Shown: piece by piece, positions 30,242-41,917 of the stretch
Layout: each line of letters opens with the position of its first letter
How positions within the stretch are numbered: the first letter of the stretch is position 1
NCBI GenBank assembly: GCA_031285625.1
Contig: JAITVV010000093.1
Location: forward strand, 125,232-189,231
Length of the DNA: 64,000 bases
Direction: 5' to 3'
From: Prevotella sp.
GTDB taxonomy: Bacteria; Bacteroidota; Bacteroidia; Bacteroidales; Dysgonomonadaceae
Notes under the pieces: model-generated
Database searches by the model: none
What the model was told of the DNA's origin: nothing
What the model saw: the letters and a program-made list of their open reading frames with translations, nothing else
Program-made: the position numbers and the translations under genes

Positions 30242-31540
30242 ATGAAATCAAAAATTCTTTTTTGGATATTGGCCATTCTTGTATTTGGCTCCTTATTATT
30301 TATCGGATTGCTATATCTTAAAACAGATATATACAAATTCATATTAATTGAGGGAATAGCTATCCTCGCAATACTTCTGTTTATAATATTATATTACAGA
30401 CTAATAAAGCCATATCAAATAATATCTGATGGTATGGAACTATTAAAAGAGCAAGATTTCTCCACCCGCCTGCGCCCTATATCTAATAGTGAAGCCAATA
30501 AGTTAATAGAGATCTTTAATAGAATGATGGATCAGCTAAAAGATGAACGGTTGCAAGTGAGGGAAAAAAATCATTTTTTAGATTTACTTATTCAGGCTTC
30601 TCCGCAAGGGGTGATCATTCTTGATTTCGATGATAAGATATCCGAAATTAATACTTCCGGATTACGATTATTAAATATATCAAATATTGATACTGTAAAG
30701 GGTAAAAGTATTTCCGAAACAGATATTACAATCAAAGATCAATTAAGCAAGTTGGAATACAATGAAGATATAGTATTACGTAGCTCTGGCATTACAATGT
30801 ATAAATGCACTCGCTCATCTTTTATAGACAGGGGATTTGCCCATCCATTTATCTTAATCGAAGAGTTGACGCATGAGTTATTAAAAATAGAAAAAAAATC
30901 ATATGAGAATATTATACGTATGATGGCTCATGAAGTAAATAATTCTGTAGGAGCAGTTAGCTCTACATTAAATGTTATATCTGACATCTTAAATCAAGAC
31001 GAGCAAAATGATTTGATAGATGTGCTACCAGCAGTAAACGCATCTTTTGACAGATGCAAGCATCTTGGACAGTTTATTAGCAATTTTGCGGAAGTTGTTA
31101 AAATCCCTGAACCATCCCTATCTGCCGTTAGTATAAATGAATTAGCGCGCTCTGTGGAATCCCTAACCAGAATCGAGTGTCAACGCAGAAATATCGATCT
31201 ATCTCTATATCTAACATCGGAGAAAGATACAGTATATATCGACAGTATACAATTTGAGCAAGTCTTGGTAAACATTGTGAAGAACGCATATGAAGCCATA
31301 GACTCAATTGGTCATATAGAGATCATAACAATCTCTGATCCTCTCTCCATTATTATAAAAAATAATGGCCCTGCTATCCCGAAGGAAGTAAAGCAGAAAT
31401 TATTCACTCCATTTTTCACCACCAAATCATCAGGACAAGGAATCGGACTAATGTTTGTTCGTGAGGTGTTATTAAATCATAATTGTAAATTCGATCTGAA
31501 ATCAGATGATAAATGGACTAAATTCGAGATATTCTTCTAA
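30242..31540 (+). CDS. NtrY-like membrane sensor histidine kinase (HAMP/PAS)
   Basis: 2 TM, MAHEVNN H-box, NIVKNA, FTPFFTTK..GQGIGL. Confidence 0.93.
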   Translation: MKSKILFWILAILVFGSLLFIGLLYLKTDIYKFILIEGIAILAILLFIILYYRLIKPYQIISDGMELLKEQDFSTRLRPISNSEANKLIEIFNRMMDQLKDERLQVREKNHFLDLLIQASPQGVIILDFDDKISEINTSGLRLLNISNIDTVKGKSISETDITIKDQLSKLEYNEDIVLRSSGITMYKCTRSSFIDRGFAHPFILIEELTHELLKIEKKSYENIIRMMAHEVNNSVGAVSSTLNVISDILNQDEQNDLIDVLPAVNASFDRCKHLGQFISNFAEVVKIPEPSLSAVSINELARSVESLTRIECQRRNIDLSLYLTSEKDTVYIDSIQFEQVLVNIVKNAYEAIDSIGHIEIITISDPLSIIIKNNGPAIPKEVKQKLFTPFFTTKSSGQGIGLMFVREVLLNHNCKFDLKSDDKWTKFEIFF

Positions 31541-31601
31541 GTTAAATTTACTAGTAAATAATTACATTTCTCTTTTTTATCGAATGTTCGAAAAAATAAA
31601 T

Positions 31602-31609
31602 TAACTTTG
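31602..31609 (+). promoter_or_regulatory. -7 box of the polysaccharide locus
   Basis: TAACTTTG 40 nt before the wza ATG; TCGAA-TG-TTCGA dyad at 31580-31591. Confidence 0.6.
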
Positions 31610-31648
31610 CAGCAATTTTTTATTAATAAATTATATTCATTTGATTTG

Positions 31649-32479
31649 ATGGAGACAAAAAGGAATAAGCTCAGGATCCTTAACACACTTATAATCTTAT
31701 CCTTAACTATTGCTTTCGGTTCTTGTAATGGTTATAAACAACTACCTTATTTAAAAAATGCAGAAAATCTGTCACCAGAGATATTGGCAAGTATGTCTTC
31801 TGTACATGAGCCAGTTATCATGCCTAACGATATAATTAGCATCACTGTTAATTCAACTGTACCTGGAGCTGCTAATGATTTTAATTTACCTATGGTACCC
31901 AATAATTTAAGTAATGCTCTACAGACGACAGTAACATCATCAGCAACTACAGGTAGTCTTCAGAATTATTTAATAGATAAAGAGGGGAAAATAAATTTCC
32001 CAGTATTAGGTGAACTGAAACTGGGGGGCATGTCTGCTAAAGAAGCACAGAATCACATTACATCTCTCATATATCCCCGCTATATTGCTGAAAAGCCCAT
32101 AGTAAATGTAAGATTTATAAATTTTGGAGTTTCTGTTTTAGGGGAAGTAGCAAGACCGGGAATATACAATTCTGCTAACGGACAAATGACAATTTTAGAT
32201 GCTCTTGCTGCAGCCGGTGATATGACTATATATGGAAAGAGAGACAATGTTCTGCTTGTAAGGGTTCTTGAAAATGGAGAAATTGCAATGCACAGGATAG
32301 ATATGCAAGATAAGAACCTCGTCTTAAATAAAGACATTTTCTACCTACAGCAAAATGATAAACTCTATGTGGAGCCAAACAAAGCAAAAGGTAATAATTC
32401 TAATTTTGGTACTTTACAGACAATCGGTTTATCCGCTCTGTCAATTGTTATATCAGTAATAGCCATCATAACTCGTTAA
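31649..32479 (+). CDS. wza: Polysaccharide export lipoprotein Wza (start reassigned to METKRNK)
   Basis: Lipobox FGSC; G.INFPVLG, VSVLGEV..PG, TILDALAAAGD, LQQND.LYV. Confidence 0.92.
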   Translation: METKRNKLRILNTLIILSLTIAFGSCNGYKQLPYLKNAENLSPEILASMSSVHEPVIMPNDIISITVNSTVPGAANDFNLPMVPNNLSNALQTTVTSSATTGSLQNYLIDKEGKINFPVLGELKLGGMSAKEAQNHITSLIYPRYIAEKPIVNVRFINFGVSVLGEVARPGIYNSANGQMTILDALAAAGDMTIYGKRDNVLLVRVLENGEIAMHRIDMQDKNLVLNKDIFYLQQNDKLYVEPNKAKGNNSNFGTLQTIGLSALSIVISVIAIITR

Positions 32480-32486
32480 ACTTAAA

Positions 32487-34814
32487 ATGGAAAAAGCTAA
32501 TAATAACTGGAAAAAAACAGATGAAACAACATCTATAACTGATATAATATTTGAGTATTTGCGTTATTGGAAATGGTTTATTGTATCTATTTTGGTATTT
32601 CTAACTATTGGAGCAATTGTTATTCTTGTTACACAAAAAGAGTATAAATCATCATTATCAATATTATTAAATGAAGACAAAGGTACTGGTAAAGCGAGTG
32701 CAGCTGAATTTGACTTGGATGCATTAGGGCTTTTATCCACAACAAATAATATAGAAAATGAAGTTGCAATTTTATCTTCTCCCGATCTAATGCGTTCGGT
32801 AGTAGATACATTAAATTTGCAAGCAGTTTACTATATAAATAAAAGATTCAGGAAAACAGAATTATTTAATCAATCTCCATTCTTTGTCAGCATAGAACCT
32901 GCAGATAAAAGTGGAGTTTCTGGAATTCATTTTTACATACAAAAAAATGGTAAGGAGTATCAATTAAATGGTACATATAAATTTCAAGAAATAGACCAAA
33001 GTATAAATCAAAAATTACAGACTTTTCCCGTAAAAATAAAACTAAACGAAGGTACGGAAATGTATATCCAAGTAACTGGAAAAGAAATGATTGAGAATGA
33101 AAAATATTATGTATCAATAAGTAATAAAACGTCAACTGTTTCTTCTTTGTGTAATAATCTGTCTGTTTCCCCGACAAGTAAGACATCTTCAGTTCTTAAT
33201 ATTGGTTTAGTTGGCTATAACACAGAAAAAGGAGCTACAATATTAAAAGAATTAGTAAAGCAATATAATGAGATGAATGTCAATATCAAAAATGAGATAG
33301 CATACAATACAGCTATTTTTATTAATGACAGGCTCAAAGAAATATCGGTAGAACTTGGTGATGCGGAAGAAAATGTAGTTGATTTTAAACAAAAAAATCA
33401 GATCACGGATCTAAATACAGAAGCTCAATTATTTGTTCAGCAAACAGGACAACATGAGCAAAAACTAATGGAAGTAGAAACACAATTAAATGTAATTTCA
33501 CTTATAGAACGTTTTGTTAATGATCCTGCAAATAAATATGCAGTTATACCTAATATTGGAATATCAGATGTCGGATTGACACAGATTATTAGTGAATATA
33601 ATAGTAAACTGCTTAATTCCGAAGTACAATTAAAAGGAATGGGTGAAGAAAACCCTACCCGTATAAGACTAACAGAAGATATTAATAATACACGTAGCAG
33701 TATATCTAGTTCTCTTAAGAATGTAAAACAAACATATAATATAGCGAAACAGGATCTTCTACGACAATCTACTTCAACAAAATCTAGAGTTTTATCAGTA
33801 CCACAGCAAGAAAGAGGTCTCATAGAAAAAGTTCGTGAGCAAAGGATCAAAGAAAATTTATTCTTATTTCTCATGCAGAAGAGAGAAGAAACAAACCTAT
33901 CTATTGCTTCTACAGCAAAAAAAGCACGTATTATAGTATCACCAAGGGAAGACATATTACCTATTGCTCCAAAATCCAGAATAATTATTCTTTCCGTATT
34001 AATTCTCGGATTATTATGCCCAATAATATTTATATATATAATAAATCTTTTTAAAACACAGATTAGAAGTAGAAGCGAATTAGAAAGTTTATCTGATGTC
34101 TCGATCATAGGACAAATTTCTCGAAATGAAATTAAAGATCAGATTGTTGTTCATCACGGGCATAATTCAGGAATAGCCGAAATGTTTCGCTCCTTAAGAA
34201 ATAATCTTAATTTCATATTTAAGCACAAGGTTAATCAACTAATATTGGTTACTTCGACCACTACTGGTGAAGGCAAAACTTTTATAAGTATAAATTTGTC
34301 CATGAGTTATGCATTAACGGGCAAAAAAGTATTGTTAATAGGTGGAGACATCCGTAATCCTAAACTAAAAAATTATGTTGAATTAGCTGGGAGAAAAGGT
34401 CTAAGTGATTATTTAGTCAGTAATGATTCCTGGAAAAATTATATACATAGTTCAGGTTTAAATAATAATTTACAAATAATGGTTGCGGGAACAATACCTC
34501 CGAATCCCAACGAGTTATTAATGAGCCCTCGATTAAAGGACTTCTTATCTGAAGTTAAACAAGAATATGATTTTGTTATAATCGATACAGCACCCGTTGG
34601 TTTGGTATCTGACACCTATCTTATCGATGAGTATGTTGATGCAACTCTGTATGTTGTTAGAGAAAATGTCACCCCTAAAGCGGCTGTAAATTTTATAAAT
34701 GCCCAGAAAGAGGAAGAAAAACTTATAAATATGTATCTTGTTTTGAATGATTCATACCTAGATAGTAGTTATAAATATGGATATGGAAAAGCTTATGGAT
34801 ATGAAATTAAATAA
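32487..34814 (+). CDS. wzc: Wzc polysaccharide copolymerase / BY-kinase
   Basis: Two TMs, EMFRSLRNN, GEGKT, DIRNP, IIDTAP, C-terminal YKYGYGKAYGY cluster. Confidence 0.95.
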   Translation: MEKANNNWKKTDETTSITDIIFEYLRYWKWFIVSILVFLTIGAIVILVTQKEYKSSLSILLNEDKGTGKASAAEFDLDALGLLSTTNNIENEVAILSSPDLMRSVVDTLNLQAVYYINKRFRKTELFNQSPFFVSIEPADKSGVSGIHFYIQKNGKEYQLNGTYKFQEIDQSINQKLQTFPVKIKLNEGTEMYIQVTGKEMIENEKYYVSISNKTSTVSSLCNNLSVSPTSKTSSVLNIGLVGYNTEKGATILKELVKQYNEMNVNIKNEIAYNTAIFINDRLKEISVELGDAEENVVDFKQKNQITDLNTEAQLFVQQTGQHEQKLMEVETQLNVISLIERFVNDPANKYAVIPNIGISDVGLTQIISEYNSKLLNSEVQLKGMGEENPTRIRLTEDINNTRSSISSSLKNVKQTYNIAKQDLLRQSTSTKSRVLSVPQQERGLIEKVREQRIKENLFLFLMQKREETNLSIASTAKKARIIVSPREDILPIAPKSRIIILSVLILGLLCPIIFIYIINLFKTQIRSRSELESLSDVSIIGQISRNEIKDQIVVHHGHNSGIAEMFRSLRNNLNFIFKHKVNQLILVTSTTTGEGKTFISINLSMSYALTGKKVLLIGGDIRNPKLKNYVELAGRKGLSDYLVSNDSWKNYIHSSGLNNNLQIMVAGTIPPNPNELLMSPRLKDFLSEVKQEYDFVIIDTAPVGLVSDTYLIDEYVDATLYVVRENVTPKAAVNFINAQKEEEKLINMYLVLNDSYLDSSYKYGYGKAYGYEIK

Positions 34815-35781
34815 TTCAAAAATATTGGTTACTGGTGGTGCCGGCTTTATTGGCTCCAACCTCTGTGAGGAATTACTAACATACGACAGTGAAGTTGTAT
34901 GTTTTGATAACTTCTCAACAGGAAAAATGGAGAATATCCTCCCTTTTTTAAAAAACAAGAATTTTCGTTTAATAGTAGGTGACATAAGAAATATTGATGA
35001 CTGTAATAGGGCCGTAGAAGGAATAGATTATGTCTTGCATGAAGCTGCTTTAGGATCAGTTCCCCGTTCTATTAAGGATCCAATAACAAGTAATGATGTT
35101 AATGTTTCCGGTTTTTTAAACATACTGGTTGCAGCAAGGGATGCAAAAGTTAAGCGTTTTGTATATGCAGCAAGTTCTTCTACATATGGAGATTCGAAAT
35201 CTTTACCAAAAATAGAAGATACGATTGGGAAGCCATTGTCTCCATATGCTATAACTAAATATGTAAATGAGTTATATGCAGATGTATTTTCGAAAACATA
35301 TGGAATAGAATGTATTGGACTGCGCTATTTCAATGTATTTGGTCGGAGGCAGGATCCTAACGGAGCATATGCAGCTGTAATACCTCTATTTGTGAAAAAA
35401 CTCATTAACCATGAGTCACCTGTCATTAATGGTGATGGTGAGTACTCCAGGGATTTCACTTATATAAAAAATGTAATTCAAATGAATATACTGGCTCTTA
35501 CCTCTACTAATAAGGAAGCATTAAATACTGTATATAATACGGCTTTTGGGGAAAGAACCACTTTGAACCAGTTAGTAAGTTATCTTAAGGAATATTTAAG
35601 CAAATATGATTCTCAAATTGCTAATATAGAGATCTCATACGGTCCTAACAGATCCGGAGATATACCACATTCATTAGCAAGCATAGAAAAAGCAAAATCT
35701 CTATTAGATTATAATCCTAAATATAGTATGAAACAAGGGCTGGAAGAAGCTGTTGAGTGGTACTGGAAGAATTTAAAATAA
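34801..35781 (+). CDS. UDP-GlcNAc(A) 4-epimerase, WbpP/TviC-like SDR
   Basis: GGAGFIG, HEAALGSVPRS, ASSSTYG, YAITK, LRYFNVFG.RQDP.GAYAAVIP. Confidence 0.9.
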   Translation: MKLNNSKILVTGGAGFIGSNLCEELLTYDSEVVCFDNFSTGKMENILPFLKNKNFRLIVGDIRNIDDCNRAVEGIDYVLHEAALGSVPRSIKDPITSNDVNVSGFLNILVAARDAKVKRFVYAASSSTYGDSKSLPKIEDTIGKPLSPYAITKYVNELYADVFSKTYGIECIGLRYFNVFGRRQDPNGAYAAVIPLFVKKLINHESPVINGDGEYSRDFTYIKNVIQMNILALTSTNKEALNTVYNTAFGERTTLNQLVSYLKEYLSKYDSQIANIEISYGPNRSGDIPHSLASIEKAKSLLDYNPKYSMKQGLEEAVEWYWKNLK

Positions 35782-37041
35782 ATGAATAAAACAAAAATTG
35801 CCATTATTGGTTTAGGGTATGTAGGACTACCTTTAGCCAGATTATTCGCGACAAAATATCCAGTCGTGGGTTTTGATATTAACAGGAAACGTGTAGATGA
35901 ATTAATGTCTGGTGTTGATCACACATTAGAAGTTGAATCAGGCATTCTTAAGGCTGTATTAAAGAAACAACCGAATGATGATAATGGACTTATTTGTAGT
36001 TATAACCTCGATGATATTAAAGATTGTAATTATTACATAGTGACGGTACCAACTCCTGTTGATAAAAATAACCGACCAGACTTAACGCCTTTATACAAAG
36101 CGAGTGAGACAGTAGGTAAGGTTATTAATAAGGGTGATGTCGTAATTTATGAATCTACAGTATATCCTGGCGCAACAGAAGAAGATTGTATTCCTGTGGT
36201 TGAGAGAACCTCGGGCTTGAAATATAATATTGACTTTTTCGCAGGTTACTCACCAGAAAGAATAAATCCGGGAGATAAAAAACATACAGTAGAAAAAATT
36301 AAGAAAGTCACATCTGGATCGACTCCTGAAATCGGAGAGAAGGTAAATACTCTGTATTCTTCTGTAATTTCAGCAGGAACACATTTGGCTCCTACTATAA
36401 AAGTAGCGGAAGCTGCAAAAGTGATTGAAAATTCTCAACGAGATATCAATATTGCATTTGTAAATGAATTGAAGAAAATATTCGATAAAATGGGAATTGA
36501 CACAAATGCAGTATTAGAGGCAGCTGGTACAAAATGGAATTTCTTACCTTTTAAACCGGGGCTTGTTGGGGGCCATTGTATAGGTGTCGATCCGTATTAT
36601 CTGGCACAAAAAGCACAAGAATATGGATACCATCCTGAGATTATCCTTGCTGGCCGCCGTATGAATGATAGTATGGGTGAATATGTAGCCAGTGAAGTGA
36701 TTAAGAAAATGATAAAACAAGGTATACAGGTTAAAGGATCTAATATCCTTGTGCTGGGTATCACTTTTAAAGAAAACTGTCCGGATGTTCGTAATACTAA
36801 GGTGGTCGATGTTATTCGTGAACTGAAAGATTATGATACGAATATAACTGTTTATGATCCTTGGGCAAATAAGGAAGAGGTAAAACATGAATATGGCTTG
36901 AATATAGAATGTAAATTACCTAATGAGAAATTTGATGCAATAGTATTAGTAGTAAGTCATAAAGAGTTTTTAGATATTAATTATGCTTCCCTTATAAATA
37001 AAACTGGCATTATATATGATCTAAAGAATATTTTAGATTAG
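35782..37041 (+). CDS. UDP-HexNAc 6-dehydrogenase, TviB/WbpO-like
   Basis: [43 protein letters not shown]. Confidence 0.92.
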   Translation: MNKTKIAIIGLGYVGLPLARLFATKYPVVGFDINRKRVDELMSGVDHTLEVESGILKAVLKKQPNDDNGLICSYNLDDIKDCNYYIVTVPTPVDKNNRPDLTPLYKASETVGKVINKGDVVIYESTVYPGATEEDCIPVVERTSGLKYNIDFFAGYSPERINPGDKKHTVEKIKKVTSGSTPEIGEKVNTLYSSVISAGTHLAPTIKVAEAAKVIENSQRDINIAFVNELKKIFDKMGIDTNAVLEAAGTKWNFLPFKPGLVGGHCIGVDPYYLAQKAQEYGYHPEIILAGRRMNDSMGEYVASEVIKKMIKQGIQVKGSNILVLGITFKENCPDVRNTKVVDVIRELKDYDTNITVYDPWANKEEVKHEYGLNIECKLPNEKFDAIVLVVSHKEFLDINYASLINKTGIIYDLKNILD

Positions 37042-37053
37042 GATTTTTAAGTT

Positions 37054-38553
37054 ATGGTAAAGAATAATCAGAGTAATACTGTTCAAGTTTTTTGGGCAGC
37101 CGCTGGAAATTTCGCATCCTTTGGCTTTGCTATGATTAGTTCCATGATTTTAAGCCGATTTTTACTAAAAGAAGACTACGGAACATATCGACAAGTTATA
37201 TATATATATAGCACTTTACTAATGGTTTTTACATTAGGTCTACCAAAAGCATTCTCCTATTTTTTACCTCGAGTTGAATTAGGAGAAGCTAAAGATATTA
37301 CTCAAAAAATCAATAGTGTATTTTTTGTTATTGGACTTGTTTTTTCTCTATTATTATTTCTTTTCTCATCACAAATAGCTTCAATATTAAAGAATGACAG
37401 TCTTAGTTTTGCACTGAAGATTTTCTCACCTGTACCTTTGTTTATGCTTCCTACAATGGGATTAGAGAGTATATTGGCCACTTATAAAAAAACACAAATA
37501 TTGGCAATATATACTATTATTACCCGTATAATAATGCTATTATGTGTAGCATTACCCGTCGTTATCTTTAAAGGTGATTATATATCTGCTACTATTGGAT
37601 TTGTTGTATCTTCCTTTTTCACTTTGATTATTGGATTATATTTAAAAAATATACCATTCAAAACTGTTAAGAAAATTAAGACAAATGTATCCTATCGTCA
37701 TATATTTAAATACTCATTACCTTTAATGCATGCAAGTTTATGGGGAATATTAATCAGTTCTGCGGATCAGTTTTTCATTAGTAGATTTTTTGGTACAGAA
37801 ATATTTGCTGAATTTTCAAATGGATCATTGGAACTACCTTTTGTTGGTATGATTATTGGAGCATCATCAACTGTTTTAATGCCTCTTTTTTCAAGAAAAA
37901 TATATGAAAATGTTAATCCAAAGCAGGAAATTTTACCCATCTGGAGGAGTGCATTTGAGAAAACGGCGAAAATTATTTATCCTTTAGTGATATTTTTTTG
38001 GTTTTTTGCCGATATAGTAATGGTAATATTATATGGTAATTCTTATGAAGCTTCATCTGTATATTTTAGGATTAAATTAATCGTAAATTTTTTCACATTG
38101 ATAACTTTTGCACCTTTAATCTTGGCTATCGGAGCCGTTAAATTCTATAAAAATGTACATATGTATGGAGCAATTATTCTTATAGCTTTAGAATATATTT
38201 CGATACAATTATTTCACTCTGCTGAAATTATCACTGTTATTTCCGTAATATGTCAAATAGGGCGAATTCTTGTGATGCTTTCATTTGTAGCTCGTTTTTT
38301 CGAACTGTCATTAATAGATTTATTTCCAATAAAATTATTAATAAACATTCTTTTCCCTTCAATTATTATTTTATTTACTATCAGATATATATATACTTAC
38401 TTTAGTATTAATAACTTTATACAAATAATCGTAGGCTTTATTTTATATATTTTGATATATGGGACATGGGCTTATTTTAGAAAGATTGACTACTTACCAA
38501 TAATAAAACCTATTATTTTAATTTTTATTGGAAAGAACAAAACTATAAATTGA
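37054..38553 (+). CDS. wzx: Wzx flippase
   Basis: Many hydrophobic segments, LSRFL..EDYG motif, position in locus. Confidence 0.85.
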   Translation: MVKNNQSNTVQVFWAAAGNFASFGFAMISSMILSRFLLKEDYGTYRQVIYIYSTLLMVFTLGLPKAFSYFLPRVELGEAKDITQKINSVFFVIGLVFSLLLFLFSSQIASILKNDSLSFALKIFSPVPLFMLPTMGLESILATYKKTQILAIYTIITRIIMLLCVALPVVIFKGDYISATIGFVVSSFFTLIIGLYLKNIPFKTVKKIKTNVSYRHIFKYSLPLMHASLWGILISSADQFFISRFFGTEIFAEFSNGSLELPFVGMIIGASSTVLMPLFSRKIYENVNPKQEILPIWRSAFEKTAKIIYPLVIFFWFFADIVMVILYGNSYEASSVYFRIKLIVNFFTLITFAPLILAIGAVKFYKNVHMYGAIILIALEYISIQLFHSAEIITVISVICQIGRILVMLSFVARFFELSLIDLFPIKLLINILFPSIIILFTIRYIYTYFSINNFIQIIVGFILYILIYGTWAYFRKIDYLPIIKPIILIFIGKNKTIN

Positions 38554-38558
38554 ATAAG

Positions 38559-39650
38559 ATGAAATTAACAATAGTAGCAGGAGCCAGACCCAATTTTATT
38601 AAAATTGCACCAGTAATTCAAGCAGTTTTAAATGCTCAAAATAATGGTAGAAATATTACTTATCGATTAGTTCATACAGGACAGCACTATGATAAGAAAA
38701 TGAGTGATACCTTCTTTGAAGAGCTAAATATACCTCTTCCTCATATTAATTTGGGAATAGGGGGAGGAAGTCAGGCCGAGCAAACTGCAGGAATAATGAT
38801 TGAGTTTGAAAAAGAACTTATAAAAAATCCAACGGATCTCGTAATAGTTGTCGGGGATGTCACTTCTACAATGGCATGCTCCATTGTGGCGAAAAAATTG
38901 GGTACTAAAGTTGCTCATATTGAAGCTGGAATTCGTTCTTGGGATATAACCATGCCTGAAGAAATAAATCGTCTGGTGACGGACAGTATAACTGATTATT
39001 TCTTTACAACATCAACTATTGCTAATGAAAATCTGTATAACATGGGAATTCCAAACGAAAAGGTTTTCTTTGTAGGAAATGTAATGATCGATACTTTATT
39101 AAGCAATATCAAACGTTTTGTAAAACCTAATTTTTTTGATAAGATAAATTTAAGCAATGGTAAATATATTGTACTAACACTACATCGGCCTGCAAATGTA
39201 GATGAAATTAAGAAATTGGAAAGGACAATAAACGAAATAACCAATAATGTGGAAAACCTACCAATTATTTTCCCTATACATCCTCGTACTGCAAAAATAT
39301 TTTCAGGAATTAATATTACTTCCAATAATTTACATATTGTAGACCCACTAGGGTACTTAGAATTCAATTATTTAGTAAAGAATGCTAAAGCAGTAATAAC
39401 TGATTCAGGTGGAATAACTGAAGAAACGACTGTGATGGGAATTCCATGTTTAACATTAAGAGATAATACAGAAAGACCTGAAACCTGTACAATAGGTACA
39501 AATGAACTTGTAGGAACAGATCCGGATGCTATAAGACCTGCACTCGGTAAATTATTCTCAAATGAGTGGAAAAAGGGAGGAATTCCAGAACTATGGGATG
39601 GAAAAGTTTCCGAAAGGATTGTGAACATATTAATGGAAATCATTAAATGA
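38559..39650 (+). CDS. wecB: Non-hydrolysing UDP-GlcNAc 2-epimerase
   Basis: GARPNF, HTGQHYD, VGDV, HIEAGIRS, MPEEINR, TDSGG..EE, TERPE. Confidence 0.92.
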   Translation: MKLTIVAGARPNFIKIAPVIQAVLNAQNNGRNITYRLVHTGQHYDKKMSDTFFEELNIPLPHINLGIGGGSQAEQTAGIMIEFEKELIKNPTDLVIVVGDVTSTMACSIVAKKLGTKVAHIEAGIRSWDITMPEEINRLVTDSITDYFFTTSTIANENLYNMGIPNEKVFFVGNVMIDTLLSNIKRFVKPNFFDKINLSNGKYIVLTLHRPANVDEIKKLERTINEITNNVENLPIIFPIHPRTAKIFSGINITSNNLHIVDPLGYLEFNYLVKNAKAVITDSGGITEETTVMGIPCLTLRDNTERPETCTIGTNELVGTDPDAIRPALGKLFSNEWKKGGIPELWDGKVSERIVNILMEIIK

Positions 39651-40753
39651 AAATTTTAATAATATCACGGACATTTTATCCAGCTCAATATCCTCGCTCT
39701 TTAAGAACAACGGAATTAGCTTTCGAGTTTGCTCGTAGAGGGCATGAAGTTACCGTTTATGCCCATTTAGGGGATTTTAATTATAATGAAATAGAATTAG
39801 AAAAAGGTGTAAAAGTAAAAGATATAAAGACTTTTTTTCCTATGATGAATTCAGATGGAAAAAAGACAGGGAGATTTAATAATTCAATTTTGGATAAGAT
39901 TTTCAGTAAGTTTTTTCAATTTATTAACTATCCTGATATTGAACTCATGTTCAAAATCCCTTCAATTATAAAAAAAGAGAAAAAGCAAGATTTATTAATA
40001 TCGATTGCTATCCCCCATTCTATACACTGGGGATGTTCATGGAGTAAAAAGAAGTATAGAAAAAAATTTCCAAAAAAATGGATTGCTGATTGTGGAGATC
40101 CATTTATGGAAAACCCCTTTCAAAAACGACCATTCTATTTTAAATATCTAGAAAAATGGTTTTGTAATGATACTGATTATATTACAGTACCTATTGAAGA
40201 GGCTAAAAAAGCTTATTTTAAAGAATATAGACATAAAATTGAAGTCATTCCACAGGGCTTTAATTTTAACCACTTAAAATTATATAATGGAATAATAACT
40301 AATAAAGTGCCTACATTTTCATATTCAGGTGTTTTCTATAAAAATATAAGAGATCCACGTCCTTTTTTAGATTATTTATGCACTAGAGAGGATAATTTTA
40401 AATTTATAATCTATACAAAGAATCATCAAATTATTGAACCTTACCTAAGTAAGCTTGGTGATAAATTAGAATGTTATGATTATATTAGAAGAGAAGAACT
40501 TATATATAAATTAAGCACAATGGATTTCTTAGTTAATTTTGAGAATAATGAAGACAACAATGTGCAAATACCAAGTAAGTTAATAGATTACGCCTATACT
40601 AAACGCCCAATTCTTTCTATTGGAGATAATTTTGAAAAATCGACAGTTAATGATTTTTTTAAAGGAGATTACAGTAAAAGACTAATTGTTGATGTAACAC
40701 CATATTGTATAGAAAATGTAGTTGATAAATTTCTTAATTTAATTAAATGTTAA
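39647..40753 (+). CDS. GT-B (GT4-like) glycosyltransferase
   Basis: GHEVTV, WIAD..DP, IPQGF, PSKLIDY. Confidence 0.8.
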   Translation: MKILIISRTFYPAQYPRSLRTTELAFEFARRGHEVTVYAHLGDFNYNEIELEKGVKVKDIKTFFPMMNSDGKKTGRFNNSILDKIFSKFFQFINYPDIELMFKIPSIIKKEKKQDLLISIAIPHSIHWGCSWSKKKYRKKFPKKWIADCGDPFMENPFQKRPFYFKYLEKWFCNDTDYITVPIEEAKKAYFKEYRHKIEVIPQGFNFNHLKLYNGIITNKVPTFSYSGVFYKNIRDPRPFLDYLCTREDNFKFIIYTKNHQIIEPYLSKLGDKLECYDYIRREELIYKLSTMDFLVNFENNEDNNVQIPSKLIDYAYTKRPILSIGDNFEKSTVNDFFKGDYSKRLIVDVTPYCIENVVDKFLNLIKC

Positions 40754-41917
40754 ATGAATAGTAGTGCAAAAATACTAATTACAGGTGATTTTTGTCCAAA
40801 TGGACGTATAGTAGATTTAATTAATAAAGAATATTATTCAAAAATATTCAATAATTTTCTACCACTACTTAATGCTCATGATTTGAATATCACAAACCTT
40901 GAATGTCCATTATATTCAGGGCAAACTCCTATATTAAAATCTGGCCCGAACTTAAAATCCGAACCAAAATCAATTGAACTTCTTAAATTTGGTAATTTTC
41001 ATTTGGTGACCTTAGCGAATAATCATATTATGGATCATGGTGCAGATGGATTAAGTTCAACCTTAGATATATGCAATAATAATAATATTTTTACTGTTGG
41101 TGCAGGGATTAATTTTGAAGAAACACAAAAGGTCTTTTATCAAACAATTAATTGTATAAAAATCGCAATAGTAAATTTTGCGGAAAATGAATTTTCAACA
41201 TCTGATGGATACCAACCTGGGGCAAATCCCTTAAATCCTGTACAAAATTATTATAGCATAAACTCTGCCCGGAATAATGCAGATTTTGTTTTAGTTATTA
41301 TTCATGGAGGACATGAATACTATCAGTTACCTAGTCCGAGGATGCAACAACATTATCGCTTTTTTATTGATGCTGGAGCAGATGCTATTATTGGACATCA
41401 TACACATTGTTATAGTGGATATGAATTATATAAAAGTAAACCTATTTTCTACAGCTTAGGAAATTTTTTATTTGATAATAAAAATCATATAGATGACATG
41501 TGGAATTATGGTTTTGCAGTTAGTTTAGAATTTTCATCAAATGGAAAGTTCAATTTTAATTTGCATCCATATGTGCAATCTGGAATTATTCCTGGAATTT
41601 TTTTATTGAATAAAAATAAATTAGAAGAGTTCAAAGAAAAAATTAATAATTTGAACCATCAAATAGCTAGCCCGGACATCTTGCAAAATGAATTTTTAAA
41701 ATTGATAAAAAAAAGAGAAAGGGCATATATGTCTTATATAGAACCTATTGGAAATAGATATATGCTAGCCTTACAAGACAGTGGCCTACTACCTTTCTTA
41801 TATTCGAAGAAGAAAAGAAGAACATTATTAAATATAATTCGATGTGAATCTCATCGAGATATCTTAATCAAATTATTAAAAGAAAAAGATAATGAAAATA
41901 GCAATTCACCACAATAA
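40754..41917 (+). CDS. CapA/PgsA (PGA_cap) family metallophosphatase-fold protein
   Basis: TGDF, NLECP, LANNHIMDHG, HGGHEY, IIGHHTH, YSLGNF. Confidence 0.9.
   Translation: MNSSAKILITGDFCPNGRIVDLINKEYYSKIFNNFLPLLNAHDLNITNLECPLYSGQTPILKSGPNLKSEPKSIELLKFGNFHLVTLANNHIMDHGADGLSSTLDICNNNNIFTVGAGINFEETQKVFYQTINCIKIAIVNFAENEFSTSDGYQPGANPLNPVQNYYSINSARNNADFVLVIIHGGHEYYQLPSPRMQQHYRFFIDAGADAIIGHHTHCYSGYELYKSKPIFYSLGNFLFDNKNHIDDMWNYGFAVSLEFSSNGKFNFNLHPYVQSGIIPGIFLLNKNKLEEFKEKINNLNHQIASPDILQNEFLKLIKKRERAYMSYIEPIGNRYMLALQDSGLLPFLYSKKKRRTLLNIIRCESHRDILIKLLKEKDNENSNSPQ

Noticed and set aside
31541-31648. Invertible capsule promoter
   Set aside because: No inverted-repeat pair flanks the -7 box; only a short local dyad, and no recombinase nearby.
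33437-34108. 223-aa antisense ORF and the many other 60-130 aa shadow ORFs
   Set aside because: They overlap well-supported genes on the other strand or frame and have no recognisable motifs.
40754-41917. Free poly-gamma-glutamate capsule system
   Set aside because: No CapB (Mur-ligase) or CapC genes in the window.
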